A DNA stretch of 64,000 nt from Rebecca billardiae RCC1528 (Eukaryota > Protista > Haptophyta). Location: contig OZ251227.1 in assembly GCA_965240325.2 (NCBI GenBank), positions 248,001-312,000 on the forward strand, in the 5' to 3' direction. The position numbers and the translations under genes were made by a program. The stretch's first letter is position 1. Every line of letters begins with the position of its first letter. The notes beneath the pieces were generated by a model. That model searched no databases and was not told where the DNA came from. It saw only the letters and a program-made list of their open reading frames with translations. Shown in pieces: positions 1-9,339 of the stretch.

Positions 1-470
1 TTGAGCCGGTGCGGCGTGGCGCGGGAGCCCACGCCGCGCTGCCTCGCGCGCTCGCCCCGCGATATCCGCTCGACGTCGTCCAGGCTGGGCCGCACCTTGT
101 CGATGTCGCTCACGGACGGCTTGAAGCCCTTCAGGCCCGGCCGCCCGATGCCCTTATTGTTCGGGCTCTTGTCGCGCCGGTCGCGCTTGCGGCGGCGTGG
201 TGGTGGCACCTCGGCCACGAGCCCGAGCTCGTCCTCGCCCTCCTCCAGCATGATGGACTGCGCGTCCCCCAGCGCGGCGGACGCCGTCCACTCGTCCTCC
301 AGCGACATGCGCGCGCGCGCGCAGCGCGCTCGGACGGATGTGGCCGGGATCGGCGTGCCCGTGGGCAGCGTGCGTTGCGCCAGCCGCACGCTGCTGCTCC
401 ACGCGCGGGTCGCTGGTGCGAGTGCCACCAGCATCAGCGCGAATGCGCGAGCGTCGCACGACCAGCGCAT
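1..470 (-). CDS. Partial (runs off window start) probable plastid-targeted conserved algal protein
   Basis: My translation from ATG 470: MRWSCDARAFALMLVALAPATRAW... (signal peptide plus R/S/T-rich transit-like region), then ...RPSLDDVERISRGERARQRGVGSRATPHRL. Not in the ORF track because no stop lies inside the window. Confidence 0.7.
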   Translation of the reverse strand, partial: MRWSCDARAFALMLVALAPATRAWSSSVRLAQRTLPTGTPIPATSVRARCARARMSLEDEWTASAALGDAQSIMLEEGEDELGLVAEVPPPRRRKRDRRDKSPNNKGIGRPGLKGFKPSVSDIDKVRPSLDDVERISRGERARQRGVGSRATPHRL

Positions 471-623
471 CCGCCCGGTCGTTCGCGGCCGTCACAAGAA
501 CGAGTGTTCGCGAATGTCTCTGCTCACGCCCGCTGACCCGGACTGTGGTCGTGCTGTGGTGAGCAACCCCCGGACGCTTCGGGCTCGGCCGTCCATCGGT
601 CATCGGCGTTGCCGCGCGTCGCC

Positions 624-1895
624 ATGATCGCCCTGCTCGCGCTCGTGCTGGGCGCGCAGCCCGACTTTGGGCGACGCTCCGCGCTGCGCACAGCGGCCAC
701 GCTGCCTCTCGTGGCACCAATCGCCCGAGCCCCTCCCGCATCCGCGGGAACGCGCGTGCCCACGACGCGCGTCGGCACGCTCGACGTGTCGCAGATCATC
801 CAGGGTGCGTGCGCGCTGTGCGAGCGGCAGCATCGCGGACGAGACGTATTCGCCTCACGCATACGTGTGTGTACGCGTGCCTTGTGCAAGTAACGTGCGT
901 GATCGAGCGGCTGAAAGCGTGCTCGCCGCGCACCCTGCCTTGCCGACCGCGCAGGCCACTGGCAGTTGGCTGGCGGCCACGGCAAGTACACAGAGGACGG
1001 GGCGCTGGCGAACATGCGCGCGCACTTCGACGCCGGCATCACCACGTTCGACACCGCCGACATCTACGGCCCCTCCGAGTCCATCGTGGGCAAGTTCGTC
1101 GCCACCGAGCCGCGCGCGACCGTGTGCACCAAGTTCTGCTGCTTCCGAGGCCTCGAGTCGATCGACGCGGCCGAGGTGCGCGCGCGGGTGAAGGCGCAGT
1201 GCGCGCGGCTGCGCGTGCCCTCGTTGCCGCTCACCGCGTTCTTCTGGTCGGACTACCGCACCAAGCGGTACGTCGAGGTCGCGCGCCTCCTCGCCGGCCT
1301 CAAGGCGGAGGGCCTCGTGCAGAACGTGGGCGTGACCAACTTCGACCTGCCGCGGCTCCGGGAGCTGGTGGACGCGGGCGTGCCGGTGGTGAGCAACCAG
1401 GTGCAGCTCTCCGCGCTGGACTCGCGCCCGCTGCAGTCGGGGATGGCCGAGTACTGCGCGCAGAAGAACATCAAGATCCTCGCCTTCGGCACCGTCGGCG
1501 CGGGCATCCTCTCCGAGAAGTACCTGGGCGCGCCCGCGCCCACCCCCTCGGCGCAGTACGAGGGCGGCTCGTCGCTGCAGATGTACTCGGCGACCGCGTC
1601 GCGCTTCGGCCCGTGGAGCCTGGTGCAGGAGCTGCTCGGCACGATGGACGACATTGCGAAGGCGCACCCCGGCGCCTCCATCGCCAACGTCGCGCAGCGG
1701 TACGTGCTGCAGTGCTCCCCGGCGGTGGGCGGGCTGATCGTGGGCGTGCGCAACTCGAGGCACATCGCTGACAACGTGCGCACCTTCAGCTTCGAGCTGA
1801 CGGACGCGGAGATGGCGCGGCTGCGCGCGGTGATCGACAAGCGCTCGGGCCCGCGGGGCGACGTGTGGGACCTCGAGCGCGGCAACCCGGTGTGA
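624..1895 (+). CDS. Aldo-keto reductase family protein, 2 exons (624-804, 955-1895), with signal peptide and twin-arginine motif
   Basis: GT-AG intron 805-954 restores IIQG/HWQLAGGHG. AKR motifs: TFDTADIYG, CTKF, GVTNFD, SNQVQ, IVGVR. Confidence 0.9.
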
Positions 1896-2342
1896 GACCA
1901 AGCAGCGCACCGGCATCATCGTTCTTGCGCGCCCATTGCTGCCAGCAGTAGTGCGGAACGAGGCAGCGGGCGGCGCTGTGGCTGAGTGTGGCAGTAGACC
2001 GGGCAGTGGGCGGACCGTGCGCGCCGGCTGAAAAGCCGCGTCACCGGAATGGCTGACTGAGTCCTCACGGTGCCGGCCCGGCGGCCAGCCCGCCCGCTAC
2101 TCGGTCACATCTACTCTCAGTCTACTGGCAGCCCGTTCGGCGCCGCCGGGTCCGGCGCGGACTCATTGCGAATTGCGTCTGCTGCACGTTCAGACTTCAG
2201 TGCAGCGCGCTGCTCCGCGAGCCTGCGAGGCGGCGACTGACACGGTACTGCGCTGTAATAAGAACATCACTGCGCTGTATCATAAATAATATCGCGCGTA
2301 GACGGGCGTAGTCTGACGTCGCCCGAGTTCGGCGAGTGTCTA

Positions 2343-2371
2343 TGAGTCTGACGACACGTGTGTCAGACTCA
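2343..2371. other. Hairpin-forming inverted repeat between two convergent genes
   Basis: TGAGTCTGAC ... GTCAGACTCA 10-bp arms enclosing the palindrome ACACGTGT, about 25 bp past the stop at 2396. Confidence 0.5.
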
Positions 2372-2395
2372 TCAGATTGCCGCCATACGACTACG

Positions 2396-5300
2396 TCACT
2401 GCATGTCGCGGTACCACGAGTAGCGGTGGTACTGCATCGGCCCGTCGTTGCCCGCGAAGACGAGGAAGACGCAGTAGATCACGACCGCCACGAAGTAGAG
2501 CGAGTGCTTCAGGATGAGCACGTACGTGAGCGTGTGGTAGTTGAAGCCGTGCACCATCAGCTCGTCGCCCAGCTCGGAGCGCACGTGGAAGGGCACGCCG
2601 AGCACGTCGTACAGCTCGGTCACGTCGAGGTACTTGCCGTCCAGACGGTTCGCGCCGAGCTGGAGCTCCGCCGCGACGCCGCCGCCGCCCTCGGCCGGGC
2701 GCGCCGGCAGCTGCCCGACGCCGGCGTGGGCGGACACGAGCACGCCGCCGCCCTGCTGGTCCGCCCAGCCTACGCTCGAGTGCTTGCGGATGGCCGGCGA
2801 GCCCACGCGCGCGAGCGCTCCGCTGGTCGGCTGCGCCACGCGCCGCGAGCCCTCGCTCGCCGGCCGGATCGGCGAGTGCGCGCTGCCGCAGCTCGCGACG
2901 CGCGCGAGCGCGCACCCGCCGCGCCGCGCGCCGCAGCCGAGCGCCGGCACCGACGCGGCGGCGAGCAGCGGCGGCGGGCTGCCGCGCGCGGCGGCGGCGG
3001 CGGCGGCGGCGTGCGGCGCAGGCAGGGCGTGCGCCGCGGCCCCGCGGCCGCGCGGGCAGTTGCGCTCGACGGCGACGAGCGTGCCGCCGCGCTCGGGCGC
3101 GCCCGCCGCGGCGCCGCCGAGCGCGTGGTGCGGCGGCGGCAGCGGCGCGCGCACCGCGGCGCGCGGCGCCGGCGCACTCGGCGCGCTCGGCGCGCTCGGC
3201 GCGTGCGCGAGGGGCGGCAGCTGCGGCGCGCGCCCGCGCCGGCTGAGCGGCGAGCCGGCGGAGAGCACGCTGCTGCTGCTCACGCGCACGCTGAGCGGCG
3301 CGGGGAAAGGGCGCGGCGGCAGCGCGCGCGGCGGCGGCGAGGCGAGCGGCGGCGGCGGCGGCGGCAGCGGCGGCGGCGGCGCGGGCGGCGGCGGCGGCGG
3401 CGGCCGCGGCGGCGGCGGGCTGGGCGGCGGGATGGTCATTGCGACGAGCCCGCCCGCGGCCGCGGCCGCGAGCGACGCGCGGCGGCGCGGCGGCGCGCCC
3501 ACCAGCTCGACGAGCTCGAGCGCCTCCTGCTGCCCGCGCGAGCGCGCGCGCACGGCGGCGGTGCCATCGCCGCCGCTCACGCCCGCGCAGCTCGGCGTGC
3601 GCGGCGGCGAGGCGGACGAGGCGGAGGTGGAGCGCTCGGACGCGGCGGCGGGCCCGCCCGGCCGGCGCGAGAGCGCGCGCTCGGGTGAGGCGCCGCTGGG
3701 CGCGCGAACTGCCGCGGCCGCGCCCTGCGCCTCCTCGGGGTAGACGGTGCCGGCGCACGAGCGCCGGCGTCGCACGCGCCCCGCCGCCGCGTTGGCGATC
3801 TTGGTGAGCGCCGCGTTCCGCGCGCGCCGCCGCTTGCGCAGCTCGACGAGCAGGCGCGAGCGGCCGTAGATGGACGAGCGGCCTGCGAGCAGCGAGCGGA
3901 TCTGCGCGTCAAAGAGGATGAGGCCCAGCCTGTTGGTGAGCAGCTTGGCGGGGAGCACGACGGCGAAGGAGCGCCAGAGCGCGGGCACGTCGGAGAGGCC
4001 GATGGGCTGCGCGCCCGGGTGCACCGAGTACCGCCCGTAGAAGAAGACGAACATCATCGTCACGAACGGCGTGGCGATGGTTGCGATGATGTCCGCGAGC
4101 ACGTACTGCGCGCCCAGCCGCGCCGTGTACTGCAGCAGCAGCAGCGGGTCGTCGAGCGGCGAGGTCTCCCAGCCGAGGTACAGCGTCGCGCGGTACGCGA
4201 GCGCGGTGAAGACGCCGGTGTTGCGCATGAACGTCTGCACGCAGTTGAGCAGCAGCAGCCCCCAGAAGAGCAGGTCGAGCCGCGTGTCCACCTCCACAAA
4301 GAAGGAATAATAGAAGAGGGACTCGAACAGCTGGAACAGGAACACGTGCTGCGGGAACACGTTGCGCATCGTCATCGCCGCGTTGACCTGCTTGGCGAGG
4401 GCGAAGGTGCACACGTTCGCCGCGATCTGCAGGCTGGCGACCAGCAGCCGGAACAGCGCGGGCGTGTACCGGATGCCCAGCGGCAGCGCGAGCGAGTCGA
4501 AGAGCGAGGCGCACGCGAGGCCGCCGTCCTCGCCGCCGCACGCAAAGAAGAGCTCGCGCACCGCCGCGCCCGTCACCCACGGCAGCGGCAGCAGGCAGGT
4601 GACGTAGAAGATGGCGTACGAGAAGTTGAACGTGAGCGCGTCCCGCGCCTCGCGCAGCGTGTCGCAGCACAGCACCAGCAGCGCGGGCACGCCCGCGAGC
4701 AGCGCCACCGGGTAGAAGAGCCGGCCGTCCAGCCCGCGCAGGTACTCGACCCACGTCATGCCGCCCGCCACGCCGATCGCGAGGAGGGCGCACACGCCGA
4801 GCACCGAGCCGCGCGAGCTGCCCGGCGCGCCCGGCGGCGCGCCCTCGGCCTCCGCCCACGCGCCGCCGCCGCCGCCGCCCACGCCGCCGCCGCCGCCGCC
4901 CGGCTCGGGCGTGCGCGGCCGGCCGCGGGCGCGGCCGCGCGCGAGCGTTGCGCGCAGCCGGCGGCTCGGGCTGGGCGGCGGGCTCGCGCCGCGCGCCGCG
5001 CCGCCCGCCTCGGCGTCCGGCTCGGCGGCGCCGCCGCCCGCCCCGCGCTCCCGCGCGCGCGCCACCACCTTCCCCTTGTGCTTCAGCGCGTACAGCACCG
5101 CGGGCAGCAGCGCGGCCGTGCCCAGCACGAGAGCCGTGTTGCCCGAGAGGTACGCGAGACGCACGTCGCCCGTCAGGTAGAGCACGCCGAGCTCGAGCGT
5201 GGCGCCGCAGAGCGCGGGCACCGCGGCGAAGAGGAGGCGCCACTTCGGGTGGCGCAGCCGCGCCGAGTGCGTGTACGAGCGCGCCGAGCACGCCAGCATC

Positions 5301-6037
5301 GGCACCATCGCGCACACGTAAAAGGCCATGTGCCACACGACGACCGCCGGAGGCTGGAAGGAGCGCGGCGACGCAAACCCGAGGTACATCAGCGCGATGG
5401 GCACGAAGAGCGAGGCGACGATGATGCCGCCCAGCCGCGTGAGGTACTCGATCTGCTCCATCCACCACTGCGGGCTGCCGCGCGGCGCGCTCGGCGCGCG
5501 CACGCTCCGCCCGCCCGCCGCCTCGGCGCCGCCGTCCGTGTCCGAGCGCTGCAGCGGCGCGCGCGCGGGCGGCGCGGCCGCGCCGGCGGTGGGCGCGCCG
5601 GCCGTCGCGCCGCGCGGCGGGCCGCCGCACGCCGCGGAGCTCGCGCCGCCCTGTGCGCCGCCGATCGTGCCGCGCGACGACGCGGCGGCGAGCGGCGGGT
5701 GCGGCTGCGGCGCGGGCGCGTCGCGCCTGCGGCGCACGCGCGGCGCCGCCGACTGCGCGTCGGCGCGCGCGCCGCCGAGCGCGGGCACTGCGGGCGGCGG
5801 GATCAGCGGAAGCGCGCGCAGAAGCGCGTAGTCGATCGCGTTGAGCACGTCCGACAGGTCGAGGAAGCCCGAGAGGTCCTCGTCCGCCGCAGAGACCATC
5901 GTGTGCACCAGACCGCCGTCCGCGCGCAGGCGGAGCCGGCGCAGCAGCAGCGCGAACTGGTCGTAGTCGATGGTGGTCCCGCCGGACGCGAGCGCCTGGA
6001 ACTCGCGCGTCACCTCGACCGCGGACGCGGCGTCCAT
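2396..6037 (-). CDS. EF-hand-containing polytopic membrane protein of unknown function
   Basis: Long ORF. N-terminal EF-hand pair (GTTIDYDQF; DEDLSGFLDLSD), roughly 10 or more hydrophobic segments, Pro/Ala-rich loops, final TM SLYFVAVVIYCVFLVF. Confidence 0.8.
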   Translation of the reverse strand: MDAASAVEVTREFQALASGGTTIDYDQFALLLRRLRLRADGGLVHTMVSAADEDLSGFLDLSDVLNAIDYALLRALPLIPPPAVPALGGARADAQSAAPRVRRRRDAPAPQPHPPLAAASSRGTIGGAQGGASSAACGGPPRGATAGAPTAGAAAPPARAPLQRSDTDGGAEAAGGRSVRAPSAPRGSPQWWMEQIEYLTRLGGIIVASLFVPIALMYLGFASPRSFQPPAVVVWHMAFYVCAMVPMLACSARSYTHSARLRHPKWRLLFAAVPALCGATLELGVLYLTGDVRLAYLSGNTALVLGTAALLPAVLYALKHKGKVVARARERGAGGGAAEPDAEAGGAARGASPPPSPSRRLRATLARGRARGRPRTPEPGGGGGGVGGGGGGAWAEAEGAPPGAPGSSRGSVLGVCALLAIGVAGGMTWVEYLRGLDGRLFYPVALLAGVPALLVLCCDTLREARDALTFNFSYAIFYVTCLLPLPWVTGAAVRELFFACGGEDGGLACASLFDSLALPLGIRYTPALFRLLVASLQIAANVCTFALAKQVNAAMTMRNVFPQHVFLFQLFESLFYYSFFVEVDTRLDLLFWGLLLLNCVQTFMRNTGVFTALAYRATLYLGWETSPLDDPLLLLQYTARLGAQYVLADIIATIATPFVTMMFVFFYGRYSVHPGAQPIGLSDVPALWRSFAVVLPAKLLTNRLGLILFDAQIRSLLAGRSSIYGRSRLLVELRKRRRARNAALTKIANAAAGRVRRRRSCAGTVYPEEAQGAAAAVRAPSGASPERALSRRPGGPAAASERSTSASSASPPRTPSCAGVSGGDGTAAVRARSRGQQEALELVELVGAPPRRRASLAAAAAGGLVAMTIPPPSPPPPRPPPPPPPAPPPPLPPPPPPLASPPPRALPPRPFPAPLSVRVSSSSVLSAGSPLSRRGRAPQLPPLAHAPSAPSAPSAPAPRAAVRAPLPPPHHALGGAAAGAPERGGTLVAVERNCPRGRGAAAHALPAPHAAAAAAAARGSPPPLLAAASVPALGCGARRGGCALARVASCGSAHSPIRPASEGSRRVAQPTSGALARVGSPAIRKHSSVGWADQQGGGVLVSAHAGVGQLPARPAEGGGGVAAELQLGANRLDGKYLDVTELYDVLGVPFHVRSELGDELMVHGFNYHTLTYVLILKHSLYFVAVVIYCVFLVFAGNDGPMQYHRYSWYRDMQ

Positions 6038-6493
6038 GGCGGCGCGCGTGCCCGGCGCGAAGCCTTCCTTGCACTCAACCGCCGCGCGCCGCGAGGGCGG
6101 CGGCCATGCTGACGATGAACTGCCAACACTCACACAGTCACCACAGCTGGAATTTCGCGGCGCTCGTTGCGGTTGCTCATCAGCCGGAAGCAGTCCCGGA
6201 GAAGAGCCAGCTGTCTCGAAGTCTCGTCAACGGGCCGAAACGGCGCGCGCAGGTTGGGTCTCACTGTGTGGAAAGGCCGAAAAGGCAAAAGCAGCGCGAC
6301 TCTTCACGGGCTCTCCGCCATCAAATGCGCGTTGATTTCGTCCGCACACGCGTTTGGTCGAGCAATAAAAAGCAGAAAAGTGACGCCAGACGAGAATTGC
6401 CTGGTAGATACCCAGCTCAACGGCCGGCGCGGCAGCCGGTGGCACTCACCTGGACCGTCACATCGGGTGCAGCAAATTGAAGGACGGATCGGC

Positions 6494-7641
6494 ATGGTCG
6501 CCAAGCAGGGAACGGACGGCAGCTGGATTGTGGCCGATGAGAGCGTGCCTGAGCTCCTCGTGGCCGAGCCGCTCTTCGCCGACGGCCCTAGCAGCGTCTC
6601 CGTCGCCGACTTTGAGCGCGTCGACGGCGTCGAATTCTTCCGCGTGTGCGTGAGCAGCGCGCCCTACTCGTATGAGCTGCGCAGGCGGTACTCGCAGTTT
6701 GAGGCGCTCGCACGCTCGATGGGGGGGACGGCGCGGAAGCACCCGCTGCCCTCGAAGTATCTAGGCCGACACACTGACGCCAACGTAGCCGCGCGCGCGC
6801 GCGCGCTCGAGGCGTGGCTCCACGCCGTGCTCGCCGACGCGAGCTGCTCGCATGACGTGCAGCTGTACGTGCGGCCCTTCCTCGAGCTCGACGCGGCGAA
6901 GGCGCTGACCGAGCAGCACGCCACGGCGCGCGAGAACAGGGCGCTCGAGGAGCTCGACGCCGATGTCCCACTGCGAGAGCCCACGGCCGACGCCGCGTCC
7001 GCTGCCGCGCCGTCGGACGTGCCGGTCTCAGCGGAGCGGCGCAAGCTGCTCGAGGAGCTCAACGAGAAGGTGCGCTGCGCACCCGCACCACGGGCGCTGC
7101 GCACCACGTGCGCGCGTAGCCTGTGCGCGCGCCTGCGAGCGCGCGGGTGTCGGCCTCTCTCGTCTGCGCTCACCGCTTGGCCCCTTCCCTCCGCGCTCTC
7201 TCTCTCTCTCGCGCGCAGGACTGCCAGGTGCGCCGGCTGGAGAAGGGCATGAGCACCGCCAAGGCGCTGATCAGCACGATGCGCGAGCAGCTGCTCGAGG
7301 CGGAGGCCGCCAAGAAGGTGCACGGCGAGGAAGGGGGCGCGCCGGCCGCGGCGGAGGGGGGCGCCGGGGACATGATCGCGCCAGAGGCGCAGGAGGCAGA
7401 GAGCGCCGCGCCAGCACCCGCCGGGGCAGCACCCGACGCGGAAGCAGCCGATGCTGCAGCACCCGAGCCGCCGGCGCGCACTGAGACGGCGCCGGAGCCC
7501 GCCGCCAAGCCCGCCGAGGCCAAGGCGGCGCCTGCTAAGCCCAAGCCCGCCGCGACCAAGGCGCAGGCCACGCGGAAAGCGGGAGCGGCCAAGGCCAAGC
7601 GCGCGGCTGCGAAGCGCGCAGCGGCGGTCTCGGTGCGCTGA
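6494..7641 (+). CDS. PX (phox homology) domain protein with coiled coil and Ala/Lys-rich tail; exons 6494-7069, 7219-7641
   Basis: PX signature ELRRRYSQFEAL...LPSK...RARALEAWL...PFL. Intron 7070-7218 (GTGCGC...CTCAC...GCGCAG) joins the two frames. Confidence 0.8.
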
Positions 7642-8582
7642 CCGTACGACGGGGCCGCTGCCACCGCGGCGGCAGCGGCCACCGGCCGTGTCGTGCACGC
7701 GCCGCGGGCCGTGCGCAGCCGCGCGCTCGGCCGCGCGTGCCACCGGCTGCGGCGGCACGCCATAGCTCTACACCATCAGCTCAGCATCTCGCCACTCCTC
7801 TCCAGCAGCGCGCGCTGGCGCAATCCACAGACGATTACCCGCCCGCCGACCCACAGTGCACACCAGCAGCCTTCCCGCGACGAGGCCCCGTCCCATCTTG
7901 CCCGCCTTTCGCTTCAGACCAGCCGGTCAATCGCCTCCCCTTGTAACCTTCACCCACCATCAACCAACGGCCCAGCCAGGCCGCACCGCCAGGCCGCCTC
8001 GTCCCGGCGAGGCTCGACGGCCCGCGCGCGCGGCGCGGCGCTCGGCGTGCAGCGAGACCTGCGACATCCCGACTCCTCATCTTTCCGACTCCGTCACCGC
8101 TCGATGTGGGGGCACTGGGGCAGCCTTCACGGTGTCTCAAGTGAGCTCACAAGTGCACCGCGGCACTGGCAGCGACTAGCGAGCGGTCCGAGCAGCGCCC
8201 GCCGGGTGCGCGGCCGGCGCCGGCCGGGCTGCTGCTGCGGCCCGCTGCCGGGCGCAAACGCCTCGTCAGCATTGTTATTTGACTTTGTTGATTGAGTATA
8301 GACATCATCACTGCTGATCGAGATGACGCGTCGGTGCTGTCAGACGGTGATGACTGATGCGCTCAGCGCTGCTCCGACCTCCGGTGTCCTCAGTCGGACC
8401 TGCTGCCGAATGGGTCACCGGCGGCAGCCGATCCGTCTAGATCTCGACTGATCTCCGACCAGTCCGAACGTTAGTCGTTATAGGCATCATCAGTTGAGTC
8501 TAACTATCATATATCATCGGCATCTCAGCAGCCGAATAATCATCTGCCCAGTAGTATGTTATTAATATATATATATATATAT

Positions 8583-9095
8583 GTCTAGCCGTCCTCGAAG
8601 CGCAGCTTGGAAGACGCAGCTCGAGAGCCGCCAAGCCGCACGAGAGCGAGGCACGAGGCACCATCGTGCAGAGGCGGGCGCCCTGAAAGATGCAGGCCCA
8701 GAACAGCTGCAGCCATCCGAGGACAGTGGGCGCTTCGGAAACGAAGGGCGTCGTCCGCTGCGTGAGCGAGAGAGACACAGGGCAGCGTCGGTCGGCTCGG
8801 CGCCAGATGAAAGAATCCAGGCCACCAATTGGCTGTCCAGAGCCACCATGCCAACCCGCTCAAAGCTCAGGAGCAGCACAACGAGTTAGCTAGTTCTGGG
8901 CCGTTGTGCGCGCGCACAGAGCAGGCTCGAAAGACCCTCGTGGCACGAGAAGAGGGTGGCCAAGATGGCAGCCGGACTTGCGCTCGGCCGCCTGCCTCGG
9001 GCCGATTGGCAGGCAGGTGTTGATACCATACGGCGCATTGCGCTCCCACCGTCCTCTAACTCTTAGACAATCAGTTATTGTGCCAATAACCCCAC
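8583..9095 (-). mobile_element. 513-bp non-coding element in a TA-rich site, sharing both termini with the 31419-33160 element (solo-repeat-like)
   Basis: On the - strand it begins GTGGGGTTATTGGCACAATAACTGATTGTCTAAGAG and ends CGAGGACGGCTAGAC followed by (AT)n. These match the ends at 31419 and 33160; the interior is unrelated. Confidence 0.8.
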
Positions 9096-9339
9096 ATATA
9101 ATACATAGTAGCTTAGCAATTATGCCGGCCGAAGCGGCGAATAACGTAGGCGTAGCGCATTGGATTCGTCAGTGGATCATCATCATCATATCATCGCAGT
9201 CATATGCATGACCTGATTACGTCACAGATCAGTACGACGCTACGAGTGACGAGATTGTGAAGCCTAGACGGTACTAGACGCCGGGCCCACCGGCCCAGTC
9301 GAAATCCCGATCCGCCGTGGCCGAGCGCCGACTTAGAAG

